A stretch of DNA of 62,491 nt, counting the filler, from Aduncisulcus paluster (taxonomy: Eukaryota): NCBI GenBank assembly GCA_024181965.1. It is 8 parts of 8 records of this genome, joined end to end, with 100 filler letters (N's around TTAATTAATTAA, not from the genome) between each part and the next. Parts side by side here need not be neighbours in the genome. Positions count along the whole stretch, not along the records: positions 1 to 7,154 come from BQXS01010924.1; positions 7,255 to 16,868 come from BQXS01010925.1; 6 more parts are not named here. One strand, 5' to 3'. Numbering within the stretch: position 1 is the first letter of the stretch; each line of letters opens with the position of its first letter. The position numbers and the translations under genes were made by a program. The notes under the pieces are model-generated. The model saw nothing but the letters and a program-made list of their open reading frames with translations. It was not told where the DNA came from and ran no database searches. This document shows, piece after piece, positions 1-9,841 of the stretch.

Positions 1-532
1 CCGCACAAATAATCAACACAAAGCAGATGCAACCAATTTCCATCCAAACACACCACACAATAACATCTAGTCGGTAATTTTTCATCAAGGCTGCCACAAG
101 ATCATAAAATACACAAATTCACCTTCACAAATACAATACAATGGGTCACAAAAGTTCCCCATAATACAAATAAAAGATTCACTGAATCATGTATCTCAGA
201 TCTGCAAAGAAAACGAGAAAAGAAAAAGGTGAAAAAATAAGTTTGCCATCTAAAAATAGGAAATCCAAGATACTCGACAGAACTTGGGATGGAATCGATT
301 AATATGGAATAATAACAACACCCAATGGTTTAATTCTTAATAATGGTCGTTTGCAAGTTGCCTCTCGTAATAATGAAGCCAAAAAATTGTTTTCAAAAAA
401 TAACACCACAAAACAGCGTTACAGAAAGTAAATTTATTGTTATTAAGAACCTCTTCGAAAGAATAAACAAGATTAAGGACGCTCAGTTTATCAATTGGAA
501 TTTGACGAGAATATCCATTTTTTGTTTTTGAT

Positions 533-1228
533 TTATTTTTTCGTTTCTTTCTTCTTAGCCTCAACCCTCTTGCTCTTTCGAATGGCCATCATGGTTCTCA
601 CTTTCTTCCTTAAATTCTTCCTCATTTTCTCTTGGCTCTCACAAGAATCTATTTCATTGAAGATTTGAATCGCTTGGGAAACCTTTTCTTGCCGAACAGT
701 AGAACGAGATTTGACTTCCGTTCTTCCTTTCGATTTACCCTCTTCTTCATCTTCCCCCTTTTCTTTTCTGCTTCCTGTATCCCACAATTGTATTTTGGTT
801 TTAGTTTTGGCAAAGTCTTGAACCATTTTGTGCAATTTTTGACATCCCACCACAGGACAAATGTGTAGTTCACGCAGAGGTTGGTAACCAAGCATGTCTC
901 TCTTAATCAGACACTGGAGAAGCTGTCTAATCTCTGCAATCGATGGAGCAGGAAACATTCCTTCGAGGTCAAGGTAAGTGAAATCAGACTGACGAAGAAG
1001 GAATTGAAACACATGTCCGCAGATGAGTGAAAAATCAATTGGATTTGTTCCCAAGACAAGGAGCATGAAACGATGCTTTGGAACAAATTCTGGAAGCACC
1101 TTGGAGACTCCTGTCGTTTTCTTTTCTTTTTCATCATTCATGATCCAATGTCCCTGTGAAAGCATTTCGAGTAAGGGAATCACGCTAGTAGCCGTTAGAT
1201 CGCCTCATGAGTGAAATATGACTCCCAT
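533..1228 (-). CDS. Putative L7Ae/L30e-fold protein, possibly RNase P/MRP subunit Rpp38/Pop3-like; start uncertain (ATG 1228 with in-frame TGA at 1205-1207, or ATG 1165)
   Basis: TGVSKVL...MLLVLGTNPIDFSLICGHVFQFLLRQSDFTYLDL resembles the L7Ae pattern GVNEV...LVL.....P..I..HL..L; YQPLRELHICP resembles the Rpp38 C-terminal QPLK motif; Lys-rich tail. By-eye similarity only. Confidence 0.35.
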
Positions 1229-1244
1229 TTTTGATATACTTTTT

Positions 1245-1586
1245 CTAGACCAACATATGTGAGGCAGCAGCAGAGAGAATGGTAGAATAAAAGATTGGAA
1301 GAGCCTTACATCGATACCCACACATAGACGACACAAGAGTTAGCGATCCAAGGAATTTCTGGAAGATATCCTCCTTAACTTCGACCAATGCACGTTGTGT
1401 TGTCGATGAAAACGATTTCATTGAGAAACAAGGAAGATTTTCTTTCCCAAACAGATCCAAGCAAATCTTTTCTAATTCAAGAGTAAGATCGATAGAGTTC
1501 GAAATTACATGCTCAATAGAATCAATAATATCAATTTCTACAACAACAAATATGTTGGAGTGTCGTTGAGTGTATTTCTTAACCAT
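1245..1586 (-). CDS. RNase P/MRP subunit Pop5/Rpp14 family protein (ORF open to ATG 1619)
   Basis: MVKKYTQRH...VVVEI...LDLFG...RALVEV...FLGSLTLV...STILSAA matches the length and pattern of the Rpp14/Pop5 family. Confidence 0.65.
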   Translation of the reverse strand: MVKKYTQRHSNIFVVVEIDIIDSIEHVISNSIDLTLELEKICLDLFGKENLPCFSMKSFSSTTQRALVEVKEDIFQKFLGSLTLVSSMCGYRCKALPIFYSTILSAAASHMLV

Positions 1587-1911
1587 CAATCTTCCAAAGA
1601 TCAAACATCGATCCATCATGGATCATATGATTGGCTCAATAGATCTAATCAATCCCATAGAAAACATAAAACAAGAAAATAGTCACAATAATAATTAGAT
1701 TAATCATTAAAACCAACTAAAACAAATGGATGATCCAATTAGCAGCTATTTCTTTGAACCATTAAATTTGACGATATTATTTAAGGTTAACACAATAAAC
1801 ACATCCATTGACAAGGAAATATTCCATTTGTTTGATCATCATTCTTCTTCATTATTCCGAAAAGACAGTTGGAGTTTTTTTTGCGCAGATCTCGCATATA
1901 ACCGAAGCAAA

Positions 1912-3498
1912 ATGGACGGATTTGGCAGGCATATTACCGAAAAACCTGCAATCCATCATCCTGGTATTAGAACTCCTGATGCACCTAAGACTGGATTTTC
2001 CCAGCCATCATTCTCTCAACCAATAGATTCCCAAAGATTGAGTGAATATAAACAGGAAGTAAGACCAACGATAGTGACTGAAAGCCAATTTAATCCAGTA
2101 TCTTCCGCTGGGTTACCTTTCCAAGATCATTTTGGAGGTGGGATTGATCCTTTTTTATTTGCAACTGCATGCGAATTTCCTGCTGATAGAATTAATCCTT
2201 TTTGTACCAATGATGGAATTACTTCTGCTCAAGGTGGGCCGAGTTATGAAACCGCCCCAGGAAATATTTTTGGTCATTATGATTTTTTTGCTGGTACTCC
2301 AATCGATCAGACCATGGGATACATGAGTGGTGCCGCAAGTACAGGCGGTGATGTATTCGATGAACTCGGCGGTACCCATCATATTCAAACGCCACATTAC
2401 TCTCATACTCCGGTGCAAGATATGTTGGATGGGGCTGGAATGGGTGGTGGTCGTGGCATGCCGGGTCTTATTGATGCAGATGTTACATCCATATACCATT
2501 CTGTTATGGACACGGGTTCTTCTCGACCTGTCTCCACTGAAACATTCATCTCATCAGGAACAGGTCAAATGTATCAACCACAGGGTCAATATCCACCTAC
2601 TTCAACAGGAGAACCTGGAATATTCGCTCAGGGTGCTTATGTCGATTCTTCAGGTGCTCCTGGAATAGGATTTGGCGACATGGGACCCCAAGCTGGTGTA
2701 TCAAAGGAGCTTGAAGATGAACCAAGATTGCATGGACGTCCATCGAATCCATCTTCCTCTTCATCGAGAGCTCGTGCTCGTAAGAAGCATCCTGAAAAAG
2801 GTATGGGAGGTAGCGGTGCCTGTGACTCGAAACGAAAACGCAGAAGGCGAAGCGGTCTCCCCTCATACACTTTTTCTGTTGAGGAAGAGGTACGTATCGT
2901 TGCCCTCATGGATCTTTTCAATGTCAAGAATATACGTCAGGGTTCCATCTGGAAATCCATTACCGAGCATTGTCTCTCAAACTATTATGCTACCGGCAGT
3001 GAGAATTACGTAAAACGAAAGCTCAGAAATCTAAGGAACAGAGATAAAGATCGTGTTGATGAGCTACGAGATCATCAGCATTATGTTCAGTACGTCCATC
3101 AAGCATTTACTAAATTCCACCAAACTCTTAAACGGAACTCTATTCCATGTCCCAGGTTGGATGTTGCCCTCAAGACATTTATTACATCCACCCCTCATCA
3201 GCTCCATCATGAACCCTCATCCCAAGCCCTTCCTTCCTCTTCCTCGTCTTCCTCCTCTTCCTCTTCTTCCTCCTCTTCCTCTTCTCACCCTTCAATCGTG
3301 CCTCAATCCCATTTATCTATTCCTGTCTCTCATGCTGTGCCGCATATACACTCGCTCCCACATGTGACCCAGATATTGCCCACTACAACTGAGCACCAGG
3401 GAACAGTGTCTGATGTCCACATGGTCTATCATGATCCTTCATGTATGCCACAACAAGGGATAGGTCTTGGCGATGCATCTATGTATCCCATGAAGTGA
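1912..3498 (+). CDS. Putative transcription factor with Myb/SANT-like domain in a low-complexity protein (ORF open from 1726; ATG 1912 preferred)
   Basis: Basic NLS KRKRRRR followed by FSVEEEVRIVALM...IWKSITEH...YVKRKLRNLR (Myb/SANT-like helix pattern); poly-Ser tract; sequence upstream of 1912 is AT-rich and UTR-like. Confidence 0.5.
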   Translation: MDGFGRHITEKPAIHHPGIRTPDAPKTGFSQPSFSQPIDSQRLSEYKQEVRPTIVTESQFNPVSSAGLPFQDHFGGGIDPFLFATACEFPADRINPFCTNDGITSAQGGPSYETAPGNIFGHYDFFAGTPIDQTMGYMSGAASTGGDVFDELGGTHHIQTPHYSHTPVQDMLDGAGMGGGRGMPGLIDADVTSIYHSVMDTGSSRPVSTETFISSGTGQMYQPQGQYPPTSTGEPGIFAQGAYVDSSGAPGIGFGDMGPQAGVSKELEDEPRLHGRPSNPSSSSSRARARKKHPEKGMGGSGACDSKRKRRRRSGLPSYTFSVEEEVRIVALMDLFNVKNIRQGSIWKSITEHCLSNYYATGSENYVKRKLRNLRNRDKDRVDELRDHQHYVQYVHQAFTKFHQTLKRNSIPCPRLDVALKTFITSTPHQLHHEPSSQALPSSSSSSSSSSSSSSSSSHPSIVPQSHLSIPVSHAVPHIHSLPHVTQILPTTTEHQGTVSDVHMVYHDPSCMPQQGIGLGDASMYPMK

Positions 3499-3568
3499 GA
3501 CATCATCAAGGGGCAGTAACCAGTGACTCAGTTAGCTGATGAGGTCTCAATTCATAGCGATGGTACTC

Positions 3569-3594
3569 ATATATATATATATATATATTTATAT
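3569..3594. repeat. (TA)n microsatellite
   Basis: atatatatatatatatatatttatatat-type run directly visible. Confidence 0.9.
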
Positions 3595-4362
3595 AGATTT
3601 AATGTATTTCTTTATTATTAATAAGATCAAACAACCATTTTAGATGGTATATGAATTGAATATTTGGGAATTATAATTTTTTAAAAACAAATCCATCTCT
3701 CAATTATTATTGGTCATTATTATTATTATTATTATTATTTTCTGGAATTGTATCTGACTATTATTTAATGTTTTTGTATCATACTATTTGTAGTACTACT
3801 AGTACTATTAATACTACATTTGTAGTACAAATTGATCAATCGATATTCTTGCAGGAAAATTAAAAATTTATTTACATATATGTTATGTTTCCATAAATTA
3901 CAACAGAAATTAATTTATTCATTTATAATTTAGCTCCAAGTGTGTTTATCATGTATTAATTCTCCGCTGAAAGGAAATACGCTAGATAAAAATACTCTAT
4001 ATTTGTACCATGATAAATATGGAATAAATAAAATGTTTTTCTTATCGAAGTCGATTTTATCTTGTCGGCAAACCTACATGTCCATTTTTCTCGACTAATC
4101 ATTCATATAGATATTTAATGATATGATTTTTGATTTATTTTTGGAGTTTCTAATGTGAATATTATGAGATATAAGCTTTACTTCAAAATATTTCCTCTCA
4201 AACTGTATTTGAGTTTTGTGGAGTTTTTGATCGTATCAAAAGTGATATTTGAAAATAAAATAATTGTCCTATTAAAAATATTGCAACAAAAACAATTTTT
4301 TATGTAGATTTTGCAACACACACATAATTTTCAATTTTGCATCCAAACATAACATAGTTCAA

Positions 4363-7154
4363 ATGTCAAATGCATTTGATAGAGATATCGAACCTGTTAA
4401 ACTGAAAATTTTGGGATTATATTCTCACAAACATCCTAGAGTGAGAGATTTTTTCCGCAGCTATGACAGACTTCGTTCTGGGTTTGTAACAGAAGACCAG
4501 TTCGCTCGTGTTTTAGAAACATCTAGTTTACATGTTTCTGAAAGTGATCTTGCTGCGTTATATCAATACTATGGTGTTTATCCCAGCCCTATGAAAAGAA
4601 TGATTAATTATCGAAAATTTGTTGAATTTTTGGAACAAAGCGGACTCGAAACTACATCTTCTTCAGCTTTTAAACCATTTGGAGCTATGACGAAGAAAAA
4701 AATATCCTTAGCCGATTCCATGAAAGATGACAGCCTGCATAGAACCATTTCTATGTTGCAAAAGCTTTGTGAAACTGCTGGAATTAATCTTCGTCCTTTA
4801 TTAAAGCCTTTTGACAAGTTAAATACCGGTAAAATCACTAGATCTCAATTCTTTAGAGCAATGGGAGCTGTTTCCTCTCGTTCCACAATGTTATCTGACG
4901 AAGATCTTAAACTATTGGCTGATACATATACTGATGGTCCTGGTATTGTCAATTATTATCCCCTCGTCCACATGGTTGAAAAAAATGTTGCTGCCACATG
5001 CCCTATGGTTTCTGTTCCTATTCATTCCGTTCCTGAAAAAACAAAGGGAACCACAACATTTGTGTCCATTTTTGATAAAGCTGAACACCCTACCCCCGAT
5101 TTGATCCTTTCTCGCCTTCACGACAGTTGTTTACGGTACGGTATTAACGTCCGGGCATTTTTCATCCCTCACGATCCACGTAGGACAGGAAAAGTCACAA
5201 CGCCCACCTTTAAATCTACCTTGTGCACAGCATTCCACGGAAGGGAGAGTATTTCTGATGAGGAGCTCACTGTACTGTCACATGGTTTTGCCGTCGATGA
5301 AGCTGGTGCCAAATATGTAAAGTATTCCAAGGTGTGTGATATTATCGAGCGGATGAATGAAACTCACGAGATATTAGTCCTTGGTAAGACTCAACCCCAC
5401 CTGACGAGTCAACACACTCATGCTCATACCCACACAGGAAAAATCCCTGAAGTGACCTCTGAACACCAATTTACACTTCCATCTCCACTTCCAGCCTCTG
5501 TTTCACGCTGTATGCGAGTATTCCAGATCCACAGACCTGAACTANNNNNNNNNNNNNNNNNNNNTCCTTGGTAAGACTCAACCCCACCTGACGAGTCAAC
5601 ACACTCATGCTCATACCCACACAGGAAAAATCCCTGAAGTGACCTCTGAACACCAATTTACACTTCCATCTCCACTTCCAGCCTCTGTTTCACGCTGTAT
5701 GCGAGTATTCCAGATCCACAGACCTGAACTACACAGATATTTCCGAATCCTTGATAAACAGTGCCGTGGTTTGGTTTCAAGGAAGAAATTCGAACATGTC
5801 TTAGGTACTTTGTGTCCTGTTGATGATCACAAAAAAGATTGTATTCACACTGCTGATCCACATGAACTTAGTGCTCTATTTTTAGTTTCTGAGAAACCCA
5901 AGTGGCATCTCTCTGCCAAAACCCCTCTTGACATGGTTGAAAGTGGCGGACTCGTTGATTGGATTGGTTTCTTGCGCTGTATGGATCCTCAGTATGATTC
6001 TCTCCCCCAGGAACGAGGCACCATGCCAATGGATGCCACCCTCACTGATGGATCGGTTCTTCCATCGACTATATCCCTTGAGCAGACCACCTCAATGTTG
6101 CCCCATCAGGCACAACACCAGGGTTCTGCCGAAGCATACACTATTTCTGCCTCTTCCTTCCCTTCTCTCCTCGCCTCTTCTCTCTCTTCTCTCCTATCTC
6201 ACTCATATACACACAAAGTCAGACTTGGAGAGTTTGTAAGTGACCCCTTGAAACATAACAAGGTCTCTGTTGGAGCTCTGATAAGGAGCATGGGTGGAGT
6301 GGGAGTCTCTATGAGTGCTGTCCAGGGGTGTGCGTGGGGTGTATGGTACAATCTGATATCCGAGAGTATTAATAAGACTGTTATCCAGACAAAAGTCAAG
6401 AGCTCCGGTGTTCGGGAAGCTCGTGTGGCCAAGGGAGTGGGCATTGACTCTGTCGTTCGAAGTGACATCGTCTCCAAGATCCAAGAAGCATGCAAATGTC
6501 TCTCTGCTGATTCCATGATTGCGCCTGGAATCACTCTTGTGTCTATGAGTGATGATCCTACCTTTATTGTTGACGTTAATTATTCACAAATCCCATTCAA
6601 ACTCTTGTTCGAAGATGTAGAGCGTGTTTACATTGACACTGGTTCACAATCACCTCTCGATGCCACCCTTGACGAATGTAGGCCAAGCGCCTTCACCTAT
6701 AAGGGTGTCAGCGTTTACGAAGAGGAACAATCAAGGAAGCAAGGGAAACCATTTGCCGTTTCTGGATCAACAACATCAACAATGGGTACCTCTGATGACC
6801 ATTCTGCACTGCTTGCCAGAATTAGAAGAGATTTCTACAAGCTTAATATTAGCCCTGTACCTATTTTTAGATCTTTTGATCCACTTCGGAGTGGTCACGT
6901 ATCCCGTCTACAGTTCCAGCGTGTTTTGAGTATGTGTAAGGTTCTTTGTGTTACCGATGAATTGTATCTTAACAAAATGACCGATCATTTCACCTCCAGA
7001 ACAGGAAGACACAAAGGAATGGTCGATTATGTTATGTTTACTAACGAAGTATTAAAGGGAGATCCTGCATTGAAACAAGCAAGTGGGGCTGACCGTGAAG
7101 AAACAGTCGGTACGATGATTGAAGGCGATGATCATTTCGCTTCAGCCACCCAAG
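4363..7154 (+). CDS. Multi-EF-hand protein (EFCAB6/FAP115-like, ciliary type); one gene split by a scaffold gap and 3'-truncated at the contig end
   Basis: At least five degenerate EF-hand pairs (YDRLRSGFVTEDQF, FDKLNTGKITRSQF, HDPRRTGKVTTPTF, LDKQCRGLVSRKKF, FDPLRSGHVSRLQF), most followed by an INY/VNY/VKY/VDW/VDY motif. The two ORFs join in frame once the duplicated 167 bp around the N20 gap is collapsed. Confidence 0.7.
5378..5731. repeat. 167-bp exact duplication flanking an N20 gap (unmerged assembly overlap)
   Basis: 5378-5544 is identical to 5565-5731, separated by Ns at 5545-5564. Confidence 0.9.
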
Positions 7155-7254
7155 NNNNNNNNNNNNNNNNNNNNNNNNNNNNNNNNNNNNNNNNNNNNTT
7201 AATTAATTAANNNNNNNNNNNNNNNNNNNNNNNNNNNNNNNNNNNNNNNNNNNN
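7155..7254. other. Artificial contig-joining spacer (N44-TTAATTAATTAA-N44)
   Basis: Six-frame stop linker, identical at seven places in the window. Confidence 0.97.
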
Positions 7255-7411
7255 CGATCAACCTTATCCAAGAAGAAGGACTCGAAACTCTCGGATTCGA
7301 TTTATATGCATCATATCTCAAGAAAAATTCATTGAGATCTTCCAAAGTGTATTTGCGCAAACACGGTACGTCTACCGTTGCACCACTTGTAGTTTGAACT
7401 GTAGCTGGCAT
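7255..7411 (-). CDS. N-terminal fragment of an unknown ORF, possibly retrotransposon Gag-like; truncated by the contig edge
   Basis: ATG in an A-rich context; VPCLRKYTLEDLNEFFLRYDAYK loosely resembles Gag N-termini; a contig break inside the ORF is consistent with a repeat. Confidence 0.3.
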
Positions 7412-8216
7412 TTGTTCAATAATATTATTGTTAGCTGTTCTACAGAATTTATGCTTGGAGCAAATTTACTATTTTGAAATAAAATATAAATTCCCAGTTT
7501 TTGGATTTGAAACCAAACCGGAACCAAAAAATAAAACATTCTTAATCCTTTAATATAATAAGATGATAACTTCAAAATAATAAATAATAATAATAGTTTC
7601 TGTCAATAATAAATAAACAACATTGTAATACCATCATACTAACAATACTTTTCCTCAGGAAGTCACGGTGACTGTCACCAATCCCGAATAGAAACGATGA
7701 AAACGAGGAGGTATCCAAAATCATTGAATTTCAAGAAAGTTAATTTTATTTGCCTCAATAAACACCGTCCTTCACAACGAACACAGATTTCTCAGGTGTT
7801 TAGGCCGTGTAAATGCCATCAAAACACCACTTTCATTTGTAAATTTCTATTTTTAGAAATTCTATTTTTAGAATTCACATTTTTCAAATTGCTTTAAAAT
7901 GGGTAATAACCAATGTTTTGGTGTTTTTTTTAATAATTTCACTTTCATCCGGCTTTGTAAACCCAAGGATGTTCTTTAATAGATATTAAACACATAAAAG
8001 GCCAAATATTCATTCAAACACTATACTGTACCATAAGCCAAGTATAGTCGATAGTGCTGTATACAACCACTAAGACGGAAAAGAGATTGTTGGTAGATAG
8101 GACGGCATTATTTCAACCTCTCTTTTCAAAACCCTCATCAAACTTCAGTAGTCTAATTCAATGTGAATATCATAGATTATTCAACATACTGAACTATACT
8201 GTACTGTACTATTGTA

Positions 8217-9659
8217 CTAAACCCTTTTACCATCCCAACGTAAATCACCAAAGATAAAACAGTGAGTTGATACATTGATTTTGAAAGGAGTTGTCAGACA
8301 CACTTCCCCTCTTTTCAGTCCATCATTAGTGAAGTAACCCAAACAAGTGATTGCCTTACCGATATAATCACACACATCCTTGCCCTTATCGTATGAGATA
8401 ACAGCACACACAGCATTGTGACAAACATCATCAGATAATGAGAGCGGAGCAGATGAAAACATTGAGGGAAGCATCTCGGAGGAAGTCGGATCCCCAGATA
8501 TGGTTTCAAACAGAGAACTCAGGGTCTTGGGACCAGTGGAAGCAGCTTGGACTTGCCCATGAAGAGTGAATCCATCCTCCTCTTCTTCCTCTTCTTTATC
8601 TCCCAAACTCTCAGTAACAGTAACAATCAGAGGATCAACCTTAAATAGACGTCCACTGAATACAGAAGACTTTAGGATTATCTTTGACACAGAAAATGAG
8701 CTTGTACGACCATAGAAATAGGGAGAAAAAGTAGTAGGGGGAAATATCGTGTGCCCGAAGGATGGAATGGCCGCATCAAACAGGAAACAATGGTTCGACG
8801 GAAGAGATTGGCGTAAAATAATATTCAAATATTCATCAGAATCAGTGTTTAAAATGATAGTGGGAGCAAAGGCTTTAACTAACAACAAAAGCATCGATAA
8901 GTTGGAGTGTTTTAGACGCCAATCTCCATGGATATTGCATATTTCAGGTGTAACACTAATAATCACACCACTTGAGTGGGTCTGACACTCTTGTTTCTGC
9001 TTAACAAGAGATGCCATCTTTTTGCACACTTCACAATACAAAAGGGGGGACATTGATGGAGTTTCAACGCCAACAAATAACGATAGAGGCCTCTGACAAG
9101 TAATATGAGTATGTTCCACGTCTTTATCTATTATTCCGGCACTAATACAACCAGAGGGATTGAAGCTCTGGAATGAGGAGTGTTGCCGAAGATTTAAATC
9201 CACAAATAATGGGGTAAAGGAAGATCTGTACGCAAACTCAAGCAGAAGAGTTTCAAAAATCTGTTTTTCAAACCTATTTGATCCGAGAACCATCAATACA
9301 GGACCCGCTCGAGTCAAATGAACAGCTCCTTTTGAAGATTCATCTTTTCTACGTAATAAATCAAGAATACAATGGATGTAAAGCGCTTTTTCGTATAATT
9401 TAGAACGGTAAGGAGCGAGTAATTCATTAGGGGGTATAAAATCACCTTCAAGTTCAATATAACTTTCTTCAAAGGCATACACAGCCAAATTGATATCATT
9501 TTCTAATTTTACGGGCATTGATCCAATCATTCTCCCATTGACACATACATATAAGCCAGGTCTCTTTTTCTGCTGGGGCACAGAGATATAACATGAGTGA
9601 GGGGAAGGAATAAATAATCTAATCCATGTATTTTTTCTAATATGCACTTTTTTAAGCAT
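8217..9659 (-). CDS. CLP1: Clp1-like cleavage/polyadenylation factor with degenerate P-loop
   Basis: GPVLMVLG...LLLEFAYRSSFTPLFVDLNLRQ...PSGCISA...PLSLFVG...SSGVII...YFYG and C-terminal CLGY...LTTP follow Clp1 domain order. Confidence 0.75.
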   Translation of the reverse strand: MLKKVHIRKNTWIRLFIPSPHSCYISVPQQKKRPGLYVCVNGRMIGSMPVKLENDINLAVYAFEESYIELEGDFIPPNELLAPYRSKLYEKALYIHCILDLLRRKDESSKGAVHLTRAGPVLMVLGSNRFEKQIFETLLLEFAYRSSFTPLFVDLNLRQHSSFQSFNPSGCISAGIIDKDVEHTHITCQRPLSLFVGVETPSMSPLLYCEVCKKMASLVKQKQECQTHSSGVIISVTPEICNIHGDWRLKHSNLSMLLLLVKAFAPTIILNTDSDEYLNIILRQSLPSNHCFLFDAAIPSFGHTIFPPTTFSPYFYGRTSSFSVSKIILKSSVFSGRLFKVDPLIVTVTESLGDKEEEEEEDGFTLHGQVQAASTGPKTLSSLFETISGDPTSSEMLPSMFSSAPLSLSDDVCHNAVCAVISYDKGKDVCDYIGKAITCLGYFTNDGLKRGEVCLTTPFKINVSTHCFIFGDLRWDGKRV

Positions 9660-9841
9660 AGAAATTATCAGATTGGCATCCAAAATCAAGTTTTTTTCTA
9701 TTGATGGGCAAACGATGCATTATCAAGAAATTGTAAATATTTTTTTCATTTTTATTTCAATTATAAATTATTTCTATATTTTTGAGACCATATACTTTTG
9801 ATATTGATGATTTTGATTGGTCTTAAATTTTTTGGTGCGTT

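Noticed and set aside
3536..3570. CTGATGAG hammerhead ribozyme core (also CTGATGA at 11154)
   Set aside because: No stem II followed by GAAA and no stems I/III.
5378..5731. Internal duplication or two separate EF-hand genes
   Set aside because: Identical copies flank a 20-N scaffold gap; collapsing them restores one reading frame.
7155..7254. Regularly recurring TTAATTAATTAA within N runs as a biological repeat or array
   Set aside because: Identical 100-nt N44-linker-N44 block with stops in all six frames at seven sites; a contig concatenation artefact.
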